This document shows positions 50,014 through 60,034 of a DNA stretch of 64,000 nt, in pieces. How positions within the stretch are numbered: position 1 is the first letter of the stretch; every line of letters starts with the position of its first letter. A model generated the notes under the pieces. It was not told where the DNA came from, did not search any database, and saw only the letters and a list, made by a program, of their open reading frames with translations. The position numbers and the translations under genes were made by a program. Source of the stretch: Paracoccaceae bacterium (GTDB lineage Bacteria > Pseudomonadota > Alphaproteobacteria > Rhodobacterales > Rhodobacteraceae); NCBI GenBank assembly GCA_965205055.1, contig OZ242030.1, forward strand, positions 787,116 through 851,115, written 5' to 3'.

Positions 50014-51112
50014 TGGGCGGCTGATCCTGCGCACCCCGGAAGGCGAGTGCCGCCACTTCGGAGCCTCCGGTCCCGAAGCCGATCTGACGATCCGGGACTG
50101 GTCGGCCGTTTCCGCGATCGCCGCCCGCGGACAGGTGGGCTTCGGCGAAGCCTATGTCCAAGGGCTGTGGGATACATCATCGATCGAAGACCTGATGGCT
50201 ATGGCCCTCAAGAACCGTGACCGCCTTGCGGCCTACGACCGTGCCGGACTGTTTGCGAGGCTGAAATTCCGCATCGTCGACACACTTTTGCGAGCCAATT
50301 CGCTCAGAGGAGCAAGGCGCAATATTCGCAGCCACTACGACATAGGAAATGAGTTCTACCAGCTCTGGCTGGATGAAGGCATGAACTACTCCTCAGCGCT
50401 GTTTGAACTCGACGACGATGATTTGTCTCGCGCTCAGCGGAACAAGAATGCCCGTGCCTTGTCGCGGCTTACCGAGGGCGAATCCATTCTTGAAATCGGT
50501 TGCGGCTGGGGCGCCTTCGCCGAGTATGCGGCCGGCGAGGGACGCAGCGTCACCGGCGTGACCATTTCGCCGAGCCAGCGGGCTTGGGCCGACAGCCGCC
50601 TCGACGGGCGCGCCGATATTCAGCTGCGCGACTACCGCGATGTGTCGGGAACGTTCGACAACATCGTTTCCATCGAGATGATCGAGGCCGTGGGAGTGCG
50701 CTACTGGCCGCAGTACTTCGCCGCGCTTAAAAGCAACTTGGCGGATGGCGGGCGCATTCTTGTGCAGGCCATTACCGTGCGCGACAGCTTCTTCGATACC
50801 TATCGCAAATCTTCCGACTACATCCGGCAGTATGTCTTTCCCGGCGGGATGCTGCTGAGCGACAGCGTCATTGAACAGCAGGCCCGCGCAGCAGGCCTGC
50901 GGGTGAATGAAAATTTCAAGTTCGGCCGGGATTACGCGAGAACCTGCCGCCTTTGGTCCGCGCGCCTCAAGTCGCGCAAAGCGAAAATCCATGAATTGGG
51001 CTTCAACGAAAGCTTTTTCCGCAACTGGCACTATTATCTGGAAATCTGCGCGGCTTCTTTCGCGGTCGGCCATACCAGCGTCTCCCAAGTGGAGATGGCT
51101 CATGGGGCATAG
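49952..51112 (+). CDS. cyclopropane-fatty-acyl-phospholipid synthase family protein
   Basis: HYDIGNEFYQLWLD and the ILEIGCGWG SAM motif. The start is uncertain (TTG 49952 or ATG 49922), and it overlaps the upstream gene's end. Confidence 0.88.
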   Translation: MRLTNKALKTEFLSTCERLHDGRLILRTPEGECRHFGASGPEADLTIRDWSAVSAIAARGQVGFGEAYVQGLWDTSSIEDLMAMALKNRDRLAAYDRAGLFARLKFRIVDTLLRANSLRGARRNIRSHYDIGNEFYQLWLDEGMNYSSALFELDDDDLSRAQRNKNARALSRLTEGESILEIGCGWGAFAEYAAGEGRSVTGVTISPSQRAWADSRLDGRADIQLRDYRDVSGTFDNIVSIEMIEAVGVRYWPQYFAALKSNLADGGRILVQAITVRDSFFDTYRKSSDYIRQYVFPGGMLLSDSVIEQQARAAGLRVNENFKFGRDYARTCRLWSARLKSRKAKIHELGFNESFFRNWHYYLEICAASFAVGHTSVSQVEMAHGA

Positions 51113-51433
51113 CGTGCCCGCGTTCATTTCCGTCCGCGCCGGATGCTCGCCGGTTCGGTCCACGTCTGTGGGAGCGCCTTTCGATTGTCGCGCTTTGGTC
51201 GGATCCTTCGGCTTTTCCGACCATAACGCTCTCTGCTTCGCGCCGAGGAGCGCCTATGCCCTGGCCTAAAGCAGGAATCCGGCATCGAACGAAGTCGCCG
51301 GCCAACTCTCAACAAAACCGGATTGATTGAAGGCGCCTTTGTCATTGCGTGAGAATCCGATCAGATTGGCTTGCGGCCTCCTTCGGAGCGGCGTCCCTTC
51401 CGCCGGCGCCGCCGGTTCTCCGCGGGGCAAGTG

Positions 51434-52651
51434 ATGCGCTACCCGCGAGTCAGCCTTTATGCGCTGATGCTGGCCACCGCCGGCATCCCGCTTTACATTC
51501 ATCTGCCCCGGTACGCATCGGTGCAATTGGACATCGGACTGGCGGCGCTCGGAGTGCTTTTGCTTCTGATCCGGGTGTTTGATTTCATTCAGGATCCTCT
51601 CTTGGGCTGGATCGCAGACCGATGGCCCGCGGCTCAGCCCGCGCTCGCGCTCGCCGCCGCCGCCGGGCTGGCTGTCGGCTTTCCCCTGCTGTTTTCGCTG
51701 CAGCCCGGCATGTTCTGGCAAATGGCAGCCCTGCTGGCATTGCTATTCACCAGCTACAGCCTCGGCACCATCCTGATCTACGGCCGCAGTGAAATTCTGG
51801 CGCGAAGCGCTGATTCGCAAGAGCTGCTGAAACTTGCCGGCTGGCGCGAGGCAGGCCAGCTGAGCGGAGTGATCATCGCCGCCGCCGCGCCCTCCGCTCT
51901 AATGCTGATCTGGACGGACAACCAGGCTTGGCTCGCCTTCGGCGTTCTGCTTGCAGTCGTCGCCCTGACGGCAGCGTTGGCCAGCCGTCCGATTTGGAGG
52001 TGCCTTCCCTCTCCAGCCGAACGGCTGTCCGGAGCTCGCTTGTCGGAATCCGGCGCGATGCGTCTGCTTGCCCTCGCACTGCTCAACAGCCTGCCTGTCG
52101 CGTTGACCTCGACCTTGTTTCTTTTCTTTGCCGAAGATCATCTCGAGCTGACGGGCCGGGCCGGTTTCTTCCTGCTGCTTTTTTTCCTGTCGGCGGGTCT
52201 CGGCATTCCTGTCTGGTCGTTTGTCAGCGCATATCTGGGAAACCGGCTGACGCTGGTCGCCGCCATGGGACTGGCGGTCGTTTCCTTCGCCGGCGCGGCA
52301 TTTATCGGACCCCGGAATCCAACGGGCTTTCTGCTGATCTGCGCCGGATCCGGCTTCGCCACAGGCGCGGATATACTCATCCTGCCCCTGATGTTCTCCA
52401 AGGTGCTGATTCGCGCGGGACTGAATGCGTCGTCCGCCTTCGGAATCTGGACCTTCGCGGGAAAACTGGCCGTTGCCCTCTCAGCGGCCACCGCTCTGCC
52501 CTTTCTTGAAACCGCCGGATTCATTCCGGGATCCCCCCTGACGCCGGATGCCCGGACGGCCTTGGTCGGAGCCTACGCCGTCGCGCCCTGCATCCTTAAG
52601 CTGTTTGCGCTCGGGTTCACCTTGACCTTGCCGAAAGAGGAAACGCCATGA
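51434..52651 (+). CDS. MFS transporter (GPH-like)
   Basis: About 12 predicted TM segments and the DPLLGWIADRW motif; ATG 51434. Confidence 0.8.
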   Translation: MRYPRVSLYALMLATAGIPLYIHLPRYASVQLDIGLAALGVLLLLIRVFDFIQDPLLGWIADRWPAAQPALALAAAAGLAVGFPLLFSLQPGMFWQMAALLALLFTSYSLGTILIYGRSEILARSADSQELLKLAGWREAGQLSGVIIAAAAPSALMLIWTDNQAWLAFGVLLAVVALTAALASRPIWRCLPSPAERLSGARLSESGAMRLLALALLNSLPVALTSTLFLFFAEDHLELTGRAGFFLLLFFLSAGLGIPVWSFVSAYLGNRLTLVAAMGLAVVSFAGAAFIGPRNPTGFLLICAGSGFATGADILILPLMFSKVLIRAGLNASSAFGIWTFAGKLAVALSAATALPFLETAGFIPGSPLTPDARTALVGAYAVAPCILKLFALGFTLTLPKEETP

Positions 52652-53190
52652 AACTATTCGCCATCGCCCTGCTTGCCGTCCTCGCGCTGATTGTCGCTCG
52701 GAACATGTTTCTGGGCTTCAGATCCCAGTCCCCGCAGGATTACTCCGAAACCGGTCCCGAATTCATCCTGCAGGAGCATCTGTCGGGTCGAATCATCTCC
52801 GAGGGGCTGATCTACGGCCCGACCGGCCGGGTCACCAGCAGTTTTGTCGCCGAGATGCACGGGGAATGGCAGGGCGACACCGGGACGCTGACGGAGAATT
52901 TCACCTATTCCAACGGCCGTACCCAGCAGCGCAAATGGCACCTTGCCGTTGGACCAGGCAACGCGTTCACGGCCACTGCGGATGACATCGTCAGCGAAGC
53001 GCAGGGCGTAGTGTCGGGCTCGACCGCAATGCTTAAGTATCGGATCACCCTGCCCGAACATGCGGGCGGCCATACTCTGACGGCCATCGATTGGATGTAT
53101 CTGACCGAGAACGGCGTGATCCTGAACCGCTCCGAAATGCGCAAATTCGGCATAAAAGTCGCGGAGCTGATTGCGACGCTGCGCAGGTGA
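52648..53190 (+). CDS. DUF3833-family lipocalin-like protein
   Basis: N-terminal TM, 180 aa, 4-nt overlap with the MFS gene. This is the typical last gene of this cluster type (from memory). Confidence 0.7.
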   Translation: MKLFAIALLAVLALIVARNMFLGFRSQSPQDYSETGPEFILQEHLSGRIISEGLIYGPTGRVTSSFVAEMHGEWQGDTGTLTENFTYSNGRTQQRKWHLAVGPGNAFTATADDIVSEAQGVVSGSTAMLKYRITLPEHAGGHTLTAIDWMYLTENGVILNRSEMRKFGIKVAELIATLRR

Positions 53191-53219
53191 ATTGAGCTTG
53201 CCGCCGCATTGACGGATTG

Positions 53220-53660
53220 CTTTCGTTCGGCCCGCGCTTTCGATCTTGAGGAAGGCGCGCTCGGCGGATTTCAATGTTGGGGTCGAAGGCTTTGTCGGCA
53301 ATAAGATTGAGTGCTGCCCGAACCGAAGTCTGCATGAATGGGTCTCCAGTTCCAGATCCTCCGCCCTTCGACAATGACCCGACGGTGCTTCGTCGCATGC
53401 TCCGCCGGTCTGCGGAAAGTTGGATTCGTTCGTCGCCGCGACGGCCGGAGAAAGGTGCTTCCTGTTTTGCCGGGCGGATGGGAGCGCGAAAGATCATCCA
53501 ATCATGAAACACAGCCCAAAGACTGTTTTGCATGCAGCGTTTGAAGGCGATCAAAGCGATGGAGCGGACGCCCCTTCCGGCTTTATCTGGAAGTGTGATG
53601 CCAGGATGGACAATCCGCATTTGAAAGCGGAGTTCCTTTTTGGTGAAGATCAGCTTGATC
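53220..53660 (-). pseudogene. IS5-family transposase fragments
   Basis: The minus strand contains ..LNLIADKAFDPNIE.. (DDE LxADKxYD motif) and further pieces in other frames. There is no intact ORF. Confidence 0.35.
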
Positions 53661-53999
53661 GGGATTGATCCGGGTACAAGACGCGCGGGTTCCAGGCTCC
53701 GCGGCGGCAGCTGCCTGCCGCGCTCCGACTCTTGACAGGTCAGACCAAATATGCAGACCTCGCGGCACTCATTTATGGCAATGAAGGGGAACTGCGGCGG
53801 ACGTTCGGCCTCAGCTCCGGAACCGAGGCCGGTGGCGGGCGATGCCGGAAACGCAGGGAAAAAGCGGCATAACCAAAAAGGAAATCACCCAGGCGACTGG
53901 CTCGGCGGCAGGGACGCAATTTCATTGACGGGCGGCCGGTAATCCGTTCTGTTTGCGGGTGGCGACGAGCAGGCTTGAGCTGATCGAGGGGAAGCGTAC

Positions 54000-54803
54000 A
54001 TGAATGAATTTAAGCGTATGGTCCGACTTGCGCTCGCCGCTGTTGCAATATCGGTCGGCGCATTGGAAGCATCGGCCACCACATTTACAAACATTGAAGA
54101 TCCGCCGCTGCACGAGGCGGCTTCTGCAGGGGATGAAGTTGAAGTGCTTGCGCTGCTTGAAGTCGGCACTGATCCGAACGCCGTGGACTTTTTTGGCTAC
54201 ACGCCGCTGCATGTGGCGGCAAGGGACGGGCACGCCGACGTTGCGATTGCGCTGCTGGAAGCGGGTGCCGACCCGAACGCCGTGCCAGTGGATAGGCCAC
54301 GGTGGCTATTGTCGGGCAACTCGGAGCGAACTCCGCTGCATACGGCGTCAAGGGGCGGGCACGCCGGCGTTGCGATTGTGCTGCTGGAAGCAGGTGCCGA
54401 CCCGAACGCCGAGGACGAGTCAGACCGAACTCCGCTGTTTTGGGCGGCAAGTTACGGAGACGCCGGCATTGCGACTGCGCTGCTTAAGGCGGACGCAAGC
54501 CCGAACGCCGAGGACACCTCGGGCATCACGCCGCTGCACTTGGCCGCAAGGAAGGGATACGCTGGCGTTGTGAAACTGCTTCTCGAGGCCGGCGCGAACC
54601 CGAATGACAAGGACAATGACGGCTGGACGCCGCTGCACGCGGCGGGAATCAACGGAGAAGCCAGAGTCGAGCAAATGCTGCTGGCCGCAGGCGGTGATCC
54701 GAACATCGGACGCGAAGCGAGATTAGCCTACGATCGGTGGCTGGCTGAAGAGGCGGAGAAACTGTGGCATGACATAGAGCGGCGATCTCCGGCCGAGCAA
54801 TGA
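54000..54803 (+). CDS. secreted ankyrin-repeat protein
   Basis: Signal peptide MNEFKRMVRLALAAVAISVGALEASA followed by 6-7 ANK repeats (TPLH.AA..GH..VA..LLEAGADPNA). Near-identical internal DNA repeats occur at about 54228-54280 and 54358-54410. Confidence 0.88.
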   Translation: MNEFKRMVRLALAAVAISVGALEASATTFTNIEDPPLHEAASAGDEVEVLALLEVGTDPNAVDFFGYTPLHVAARDGHADVAIALLEAGADPNAVPVDRPRWLLSGNSERTPLHTASRGGHAGVAIVLLEAGADPNAEDESDRTPLFWAASYGDAGIATALLKADASPNAEDTSGITPLHLAARKGYAGVVKLLLEAGANPNDKDNDGWTPLHAAGINGEARVEQMLLAAGGDPNIGREARLAYDRWLAEEAEKLWHDIERRSPAEQ

Positions 54804-54837
54804 CGTCGCTCGGCAATTGCCAAGCGCGACCGTCAGG

Positions 54838-55073
54838 CGCGGGCGCTGCGACCTCCATCGGAAACGAGGGTTGCCGGTCGGGTTCGGCATTTTGGAAAGC
54901 TCCTGCAAGCGCATCATCGGGAATCGATTCAAGCAGGCGGGGCGCCGCCGGTCTAGAGCGGGCGCCAACGCCCTGCTCGCCGCCGACTGCTTTGAAAACG
55001 CCTGTCGGTACGACTTTCATGACTGAGGTGCTGGCCGCACAGCAGCCGCCTGAACAAAAAATGGGATGCACCC
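54838..55073 (+). mobile_element. 3'-terminal remnant (copy E) of ISKra4-like IS
   Basis: Encodes ..KRGLPVGFGILESSCKRIIGNRFKQAGRRRSRAGANALLAADCFENACRYDFHD* and ends AAAAAATGGGATGCACCC. Confidence 0.6.
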
Positions 55074-55274
55074 GCCGGAGCAGAGTGGCGATGGGCGAAT
55101 CTTGATCGCTTTGCCGCAATGGAGCATCATGAATACGAAATATTTCATGCCGTCCGATGACCGGAATGAGTGCAACGAAGAAATGCGGAGATCAACAAGA
55201 ATGCCGAAAACCAAGGAAAAACAGTGCTCTACGCCGCCGAACGCGTCCGAATTGAAGCAGGCGCAAAAGATGCG

Positions 55275-55364
55275 TGGCGGAGGAGGTGGGATTCGAACCC
55301 ACGGTGGAGTTTCCCCCACGCCGGTTTTCAAGACCGGTACATTCGACCGCTCTGTCACTCCTCC
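55275..55364 (-). tRNA. tRNA-Ser (UGA)
   Basis: GGAGGAGTGACAGAGCGGTCGAATG...CCGGTCTTGAAAACCGG (anticodon TGA), long variable arm, GGTTCGAATCC T-loop, CCA end. Confidence 0.95.
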
Positions 55365-55507
55365 GATGGGATTCAGCTTGTAGCGCGATTCCAATCTTTC
55401 GTAAACTGCCGGAGGTCTTGACTCCGGCGCGTCGCGGAGTTGTGCACGCGAAAGCGCTTTCATTCGGCGCGAAATTTTGCGATTCAACAGAAAATGGCTG
55501 GTTCGCT

Positions 55508-56683
55508 ATGAAATCATTGCTTGTCGCTTTTGTCTGCGGAATGACGGTCGCAATTTCTGTTGCGATGTCGGCAGCAGCTTTTCAGACGACTGCGCGCAGC
55601 GCCATCGTGATCGATCATGGAACTGGGATCGATTTGATGGAAAAGAACGCCGACGTGCGAATCCAACCCGCGTCGATGTCGAAGCTGATGACGCTCTATA
55701 TGCTGTTTGAAGCATTGGATGAAGGGCGCCTCACCTTGGACGACAAACTTCCCGTAAGCAGTCATGCGATGTCGTTCAAAGGATCGTCCATGTTTCTGAA
55801 CAGGAATGACCGGGTACGGGTTGAGGACTTGATTCGCGGGATCGTCGTCTTGTCGGGCAACGATGCATGCGTCGTCGTCGCCGAAGCCTTGTCGCCAGAT
55901 GGCTCGGCGGATGGTTTCGCGCAGCTCATGACGCAGCGGGGCCGCGAAATCGGACTTGAAGATTCAAATTTCAAGAACTCGAATGGCTGGCCCGACGCCG
56001 ACCACTACATGACCGCGCGCGATCTCGGAGTGCTCACGAGGGGTCTGCTCGAGAGATTTCCTCATTACTATCACTATTTTTCGGAGCAGGAATTCGGTTT
56101 TGACGAGCGCGTCCCGTCGAATCGCTACAATAGGAATCCATTGCTGAAGCTTGGCATCGGGGCGGATGGCCTGAAGACGGGCTACACCAGTGACTCGGGA
56201 TACGGCTTGGTCGGGTCCGCCAAGCGGGGAAAGCGCCGAGTCGTCTTCGTTCTGGCCGGCATGTCCACCTTGGAGGAGCGGCGCGAAGAGGCGGAAAGGC
56301 TGGTCACTTGGTATTCATTTCAGTTCGAGGATCTCACCGCCTTCAAAGAAGGAGAGGAAGTGATCCAATCGCCGGTGGCAGGCGGCAAGGCGCTGACGAT
56401 TCCTCTGACGGTCCGAGAGGACGTCACGTTGCCGATTCCTACTGCTGCTGAAGATGCGCCCGCCGCCGTTGCGGAATTGGACAATGTGCCTCATGCGCCG
56501 ATCCGAACCGGCGACGTGCTGGGCACGCTCGTCGTTCATATCCCCGGCCTGCCCCAGCCTGCCCGCATCGATCTCATTGCAAAGCAAGATGTCCCTGAAG
56601 CAACGTTCATCGATGCTCTCCGCAATGCCGCGCTCATTCTCCTTGAAAGGTACGTTGTCGCTCCGATTTCGGAAATTTTATGA
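55508..56683 (+). CDS. D-alanyl-D-alanine carboxypeptidase (PBP5/6 family)
   Basis: Signal peptide, SMSK active-site motif (PASMSKLMT), SGN (LSGNDA), KTG (LKTGYT). The track ORF start at 55274 runs through the tRNA. Confidence 0.9.
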   Translation: MKSLLVAFVCGMTVAISVAMSAAAFQTTARSAIVIDHGTGIDLMEKNADVRIQPASMSKLMTLYMLFEALDEGRLTLDDKLPVSSHAMSFKGSSMFLNRNDRVRVEDLIRGIVVLSGNDACVVVAEALSPDGSADGFAQLMTQRGREIGLEDSNFKNSNGWPDADHYMTARDLGVLTRGLLERFPHYYHYFSEQEFGFDERVPSNRYNRNPLLKLGIGADGLKTGYTSDSGYGLVGSAKRGKRRVVFVLAGMSTLEERREEAERLVTWYSFQFEDLTAFKEGEEVIQSPVAGGKALTIPLTVREDVTLPIPTAAEDAPAAVAELDNVPHAPIRTGDVLGTLVVHIPGLPQPARIDLIAKQDVPEATFIDALRNAALILLERYVVAPISEIL

Positions 56684-57312
56684 ACAGGTGCGGAACTTTC
56701 GTAACGCTCGAGGGCATCGATGGTTCCGGCAAATCGACGCAGTCGCGCTTGCTTGCCGAAGGATTGTCGGCTGAAGGTCATGAAACCGTGCTTACTCGGG
56801 AACCGGGCGGTTCTTCCGGCGCCGAGGCAATCCGGGAATTGCTTTCTGACGGCGACACTTTCGATTGGTCGCGCGAATCAGAGATCCTTTTGTTCATGGC
56901 CGCGAGACGGGATCATTTGGACAAGCGAATCCTGCCTGCGCTGGCGGAAGGCAAAGTCGTGATTTGCGACCGGTATGTGGATTCAACGCGAGTCTACCAA
57001 GGATTTGGAAATCCTCGATTGAGGTCGATCATCGACGAGCTTCATAACGGCCTGATCCGAGTTTGGCCGGATATTACCTTCGTTCTCAATCTTCCGTTCG
57101 ATCTGGCAAAAGTGAGGATCGCGAAACGCCATGGAAGCGATTGGCGCTTCGAGAGCTATGGTGATCAAGCCGTTGATCTGCTCCGGATGTTCGATGAGCT
57201 GGCCGCTGCCGAGCCCGAGCGAATCAGGATGATTGATTCGTCGAGGGCGCAGCACGAAATCGCCGACGAAATGCTGACCATTGCACTCGAAAAAATCAAC
57301 AATGAGCGATGA
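56680..57312 (+). CDS. tmk: thymidylate kinase
   Basis: FVTLEGIDGSGKST P-loop. Confidence 0.93.
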   Translation: MNRCGTFVTLEGIDGSGKSTQSRLLAEGLSAEGHETVLTREPGGSSGAEAIRELLSDGDTFDWSRESEILLFMAARRDHLDKRILPALAEGKVVICDRYVDSTRVYQGFGNPRLRSIIDELHNGLIRVWPDITFVLNLPFDLAKVRIAKRHGSDWRFESYGDQAVDLLRMFDELAAAEPERIRMIDSSRAQHEIADEMLTIALEKINNER

Positions 57313-58423
57313 ACAGCCGGAATCGGACAGAGTTGGCGCGGCGCCCCACCCGCGCAACACCTTGAATTTGTTCGGGCAACTCGAGGCCGAGCAAAACTTT
57401 CTCTCTTCATTCGGTTCAGGCAGACTTCATCATGCGTGGCTGCTCACGGGGCCGCGAGGCGTCGGCAAAGCAACCCTCGCATGGCGAATCGCAAGGTTTC
57501 TATTGTTCGCGGCAAGGGCCCGAAGACACGCTCCGGATGATCATTCGACCGCAACCACTCTGGAAGTGCCGAATTCCGACCCGGTCGTCCGCAGCATTTC
57601 ACTGCTCGTGGATCCTTCTGTCAAACTTCTTCGCCGACAGTACGATTCTAAATCCAAACGCTTCAAAAAGGACATCTCCGTAACCGACGTCAGATCGATC
57701 AATGCCTTCATGAGCATGAGCTCGACGGACGGAGATCCCAGACTGGCGATCATCGATTCAGCGGATGACTTGAATGTCAACGCTGCCAATGCTCTGCTGA
57801 AGATATTGGAAGAACCTCCTGAAAACGCGTATTTCTTTCTTATCAGCAATGTGCCGTCGCGCCTTCTCCCGACGGTGCGCAGCCGCTGCAGAAATCTCTC
57901 CTGCTCGCCGCTTTCCGGCGATCATCTGGAGCAAGCGCTCCGTTCATCTGGAATCGAGCAATTCGATCAAGTTCCGTACCTGCGGGAACTTGCGTCGGGT
58001 TCGGTCGGCGAGGCGTTGCGCCTTCAGAACGACGACGGGCCGAAACTCTATGGATCGATCGTGGATTTGCTGCGCGATGCGCCACATATCAAAAAATCGC
58101 GAGCCGCAGAGATTGCCATTGATTGCGAAGGTGCTAAGTCCGAGGCGCGATACGACGCCACGACCCGCTTGCTTTCATTCCTGGTCGGGCGCCTCGCCAA
58201 GTTCGGGGCTACTCGAAGTGCCCCCGCCCCCGCTGCCGAAGGCGAAATTGACATGTTGAAAAGACTGGCTTCGAATCATTCGGCGGGGCGCCGCTGGGCT
58301 GATTTGTACTGCGAGCTGACCAAAAGTGCTGCAGACGCCAAATCAGTAACGCTTGATCCTTTCGCCGTCGTCATGGGCATGTTGAACGGCATTGAACGGG
58401 TCGCTGAAGAAGTAAGGTCATAG
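57302..58423 (+). CDS. holB: DNA polymerase III delta-prime subunit
   Basis: HHAWLLTGPRGVGKATLA, SRLLPTVRSRC. ATG 57302 overlaps the tmk stop. Confidence 0.88.
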   Translation: MSDEQPESDRVGAAPHPRNTLNLFGQLEAEQNFLSSFGSGRLHHAWLLTGPRGVGKATLAWRIARFLLFAARARRHAPDDHSTATTLEVPNSDPVVRSISLLVDPSVKLLRRQYDSKSKRFKKDISVTDVRSINAFMSMSSTDGDPRLAIIDSADDLNVNAANALLKILEEPPENAYFFLISNVPSRLLPTVRSRCRNLSCSPLSGDHLEQALRSSGIEQFDQVPYLRELASGSVGEALRLQNDDGPKLYGSIVDLLRDAPHIKKSRAAEIAIDCEGAKSEARYDATTRLLSFLVGRLAKFGATRSAPAPAAEGEIDMLKRLASNHSAGRRWADLYCELTKSAADAKSVTLDPFAVVMGMLNGIERVAEEVRS

Positions 58424-58430
58424 GTGCCGA

Positions 58431-59234
58431 ATGTCAGAACTTCCGGCGCTTGTTGACAGCCATTGCCACTTGGCGGATCCGAAATTCGCAGATGATCTCG
58501 ACGCGGTGGTCGAGAATGCCGCGCGCGCAGGCATAGAACGAATCCTAACCGTCAGCACGAAGCAATCCAATCTTGACGCGACTTTGGAAATCGCGGAGCG
58601 ATTTCCGCAAGTGTATTTTTCCGCTGGCGTGCATCCGCACTACGTAGCGAAGGAGCCGATGGCGACAGTGGCGGAGCTGACCGAACTCTCGAAGCATCCG
58701 AAGATGGCCGCGATCGGAGAAACGGGGCTGGACTACCACTACACGCGGGAAATAGCGGAAGAGCAGAAGGAAAGTTTTGCAATCCATATCGAAGCGTCGA
58801 GAAGATCCGGCCTTCCTTTGGTCGTGCACTCGAGATCAGCCGACGGGGATACCGGGCGAATTTTGTCGGAGGAATTCAGACAGGAGCCTTTCGGATGCGT
58901 ATTGCACTGTTTCTCGTCCGGGCGTGGCCTTGCGGCGCTAGCCGCCGAGCATGGCTTCTATCTTTCGATGTCCGGCATTGCGACATTTCCTAAATCCCAT
59001 GAGCTGAGGGACATTTTCAGCTCGATCCCTTTGGACAGGATCCTTGTGGAAACCGATGCGCCGTACTTGGCGCCGGTCCCGAATCGAGGAAAGCGGAACG
59101 AGCCTGCCTACACCGCGCATACGGCAGAGGTCGGCGCGGAATTATTCGGCCTCGACGCGAATGAATTCCGGCGGCGGACAACGCTGAACTTCAACCGGCT
59201 GTTCAGCAAAGCCGCGTTGGACGCCGGTCGCTAG
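58431..59234 (+). CDS. TatD-family metal-dependent hydrolase
   Basis: VDSHCHL..., GETGLDYHY, LVETDAPYL. Confidence 0.9.
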   Translation: MSELPALVDSHCHLADPKFADDLDAVVENAARAGIERILTVSTKQSNLDATLEIAERFPQVYFSAGVHPHYVAKEPMATVAELTELSKHPKMAAIGETGLDYHYTREIAEEQKESFAIHIEASRRSGLPLVVHSRSADGDTGRILSEEFRQEPFGCVLHCFSSGRGLAALAAEHGFYLSMSGIATFPKSHELRDIFSSIPLDRILVETDAPYLAPVPNRGKRNEPAYTAHTAEVGAELFGLDANEFRRRTTLNFNRLFSKAALDAGR

Positions 59235-59235
59235 C

Positions 59236-60033
59236 ATGTCCTGCATGCGGTACACGATTCTCGGCTGCGGATCTTCGGGCGGCGTCCCGAGAATCGGCGG
59301 CAATTGGGGCGTGTGCGACCCGACCAATCCGAAAAACGAGCGCCTTCGCTGTTCGCTGCTCGTGCAGCTCGTAGACGACGAACGCAAAACGGAAGTCCTT
59401 GTCGATTCATCGCCGGATTTGCGAGCGCAATTGCTTCGGGCCGGCGTGCGGACATTGGACGGCGTCGTGTACACGCATGCCCATGCGGATCACGTCAACG
59501 GACTTGATGATCTTCGATTGATATATATCAACAGAAAATCAAGAGTCCCGATCTGGGCGGACGATCCCACGAGCGCGGAATTGTCGCGCCGGTTCGACTA
59601 TGCGTTCAGAACGCCTGAAGGCGGCGGCTACCCGCCGATCCTCGAGCTGAATCCGATTGAAGGCCCGGTCAGGATCGAAGGCGATGCCGGGGCGATCACG
59701 CTCGAGCCGTTCGACGTTGAGCACGGCGGCATCCCCTGCAAAGGATTCAGGGTCGGAAATCTTGCCTACGTGCCGGACGTGTCGGGCATGCCGGACGCGG
59801 CTTGGAGTCATCTCGACGGTTTGGAATGTTGGATCGTGGACGCGCTGCAGCGGCGGCCGCACCCGACTCATTCCCACCTCGAGCAGACGCTTGAATGGAT
59901 TGCGCGCGCAGCGCCGAAACGCGCGGTTCTTACAAACATGCACGTCGACATGGACTACGAGGCCATTGCCGCGGAGACTCCGCAAAACGTAGAGCCAGCC
60001 TACGACGGCATGATTATTTTGATAAATCAGTAA
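59236..60033 (+). CDS. MBL-fold metallo-hydrolase (PhnP-like)
   Basis: YTILGCGSSGGVPR and the THAHADH motif. Confidence 0.85.
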   Translation: MSCMRYTILGCGSSGGVPRIGGNWGVCDPTNPKNERLRCSLLVQLVDDERKTEVLVDSSPDLRAQLLRAGVRTLDGVVYTHAHADHVNGLDDLRLIYINRKSRVPIWADDPTSAELSRRFDYAFRTPEGGGYPPILELNPIEGPVRIEGDAGAITLEPFDVEHGGIPCKGFRVGNLAYVPDVSGMPDAAWSHLDGLECWIVDALQRRPHPTHSHLEQTLEWIARAAPKRAVLTNMHVDMDYEAIAAETPQNVEPAYDGMIILINQ

Positions 60034-60034
60034 A

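Noticed and set aside
47788-50034. 748-aa minus-strand ORF
   Set aside because: Only the last 257 codons (DUF1365, from ATG 48561) look like a protein family. The remainder is antisense to the FAD oxidoreductase gene.
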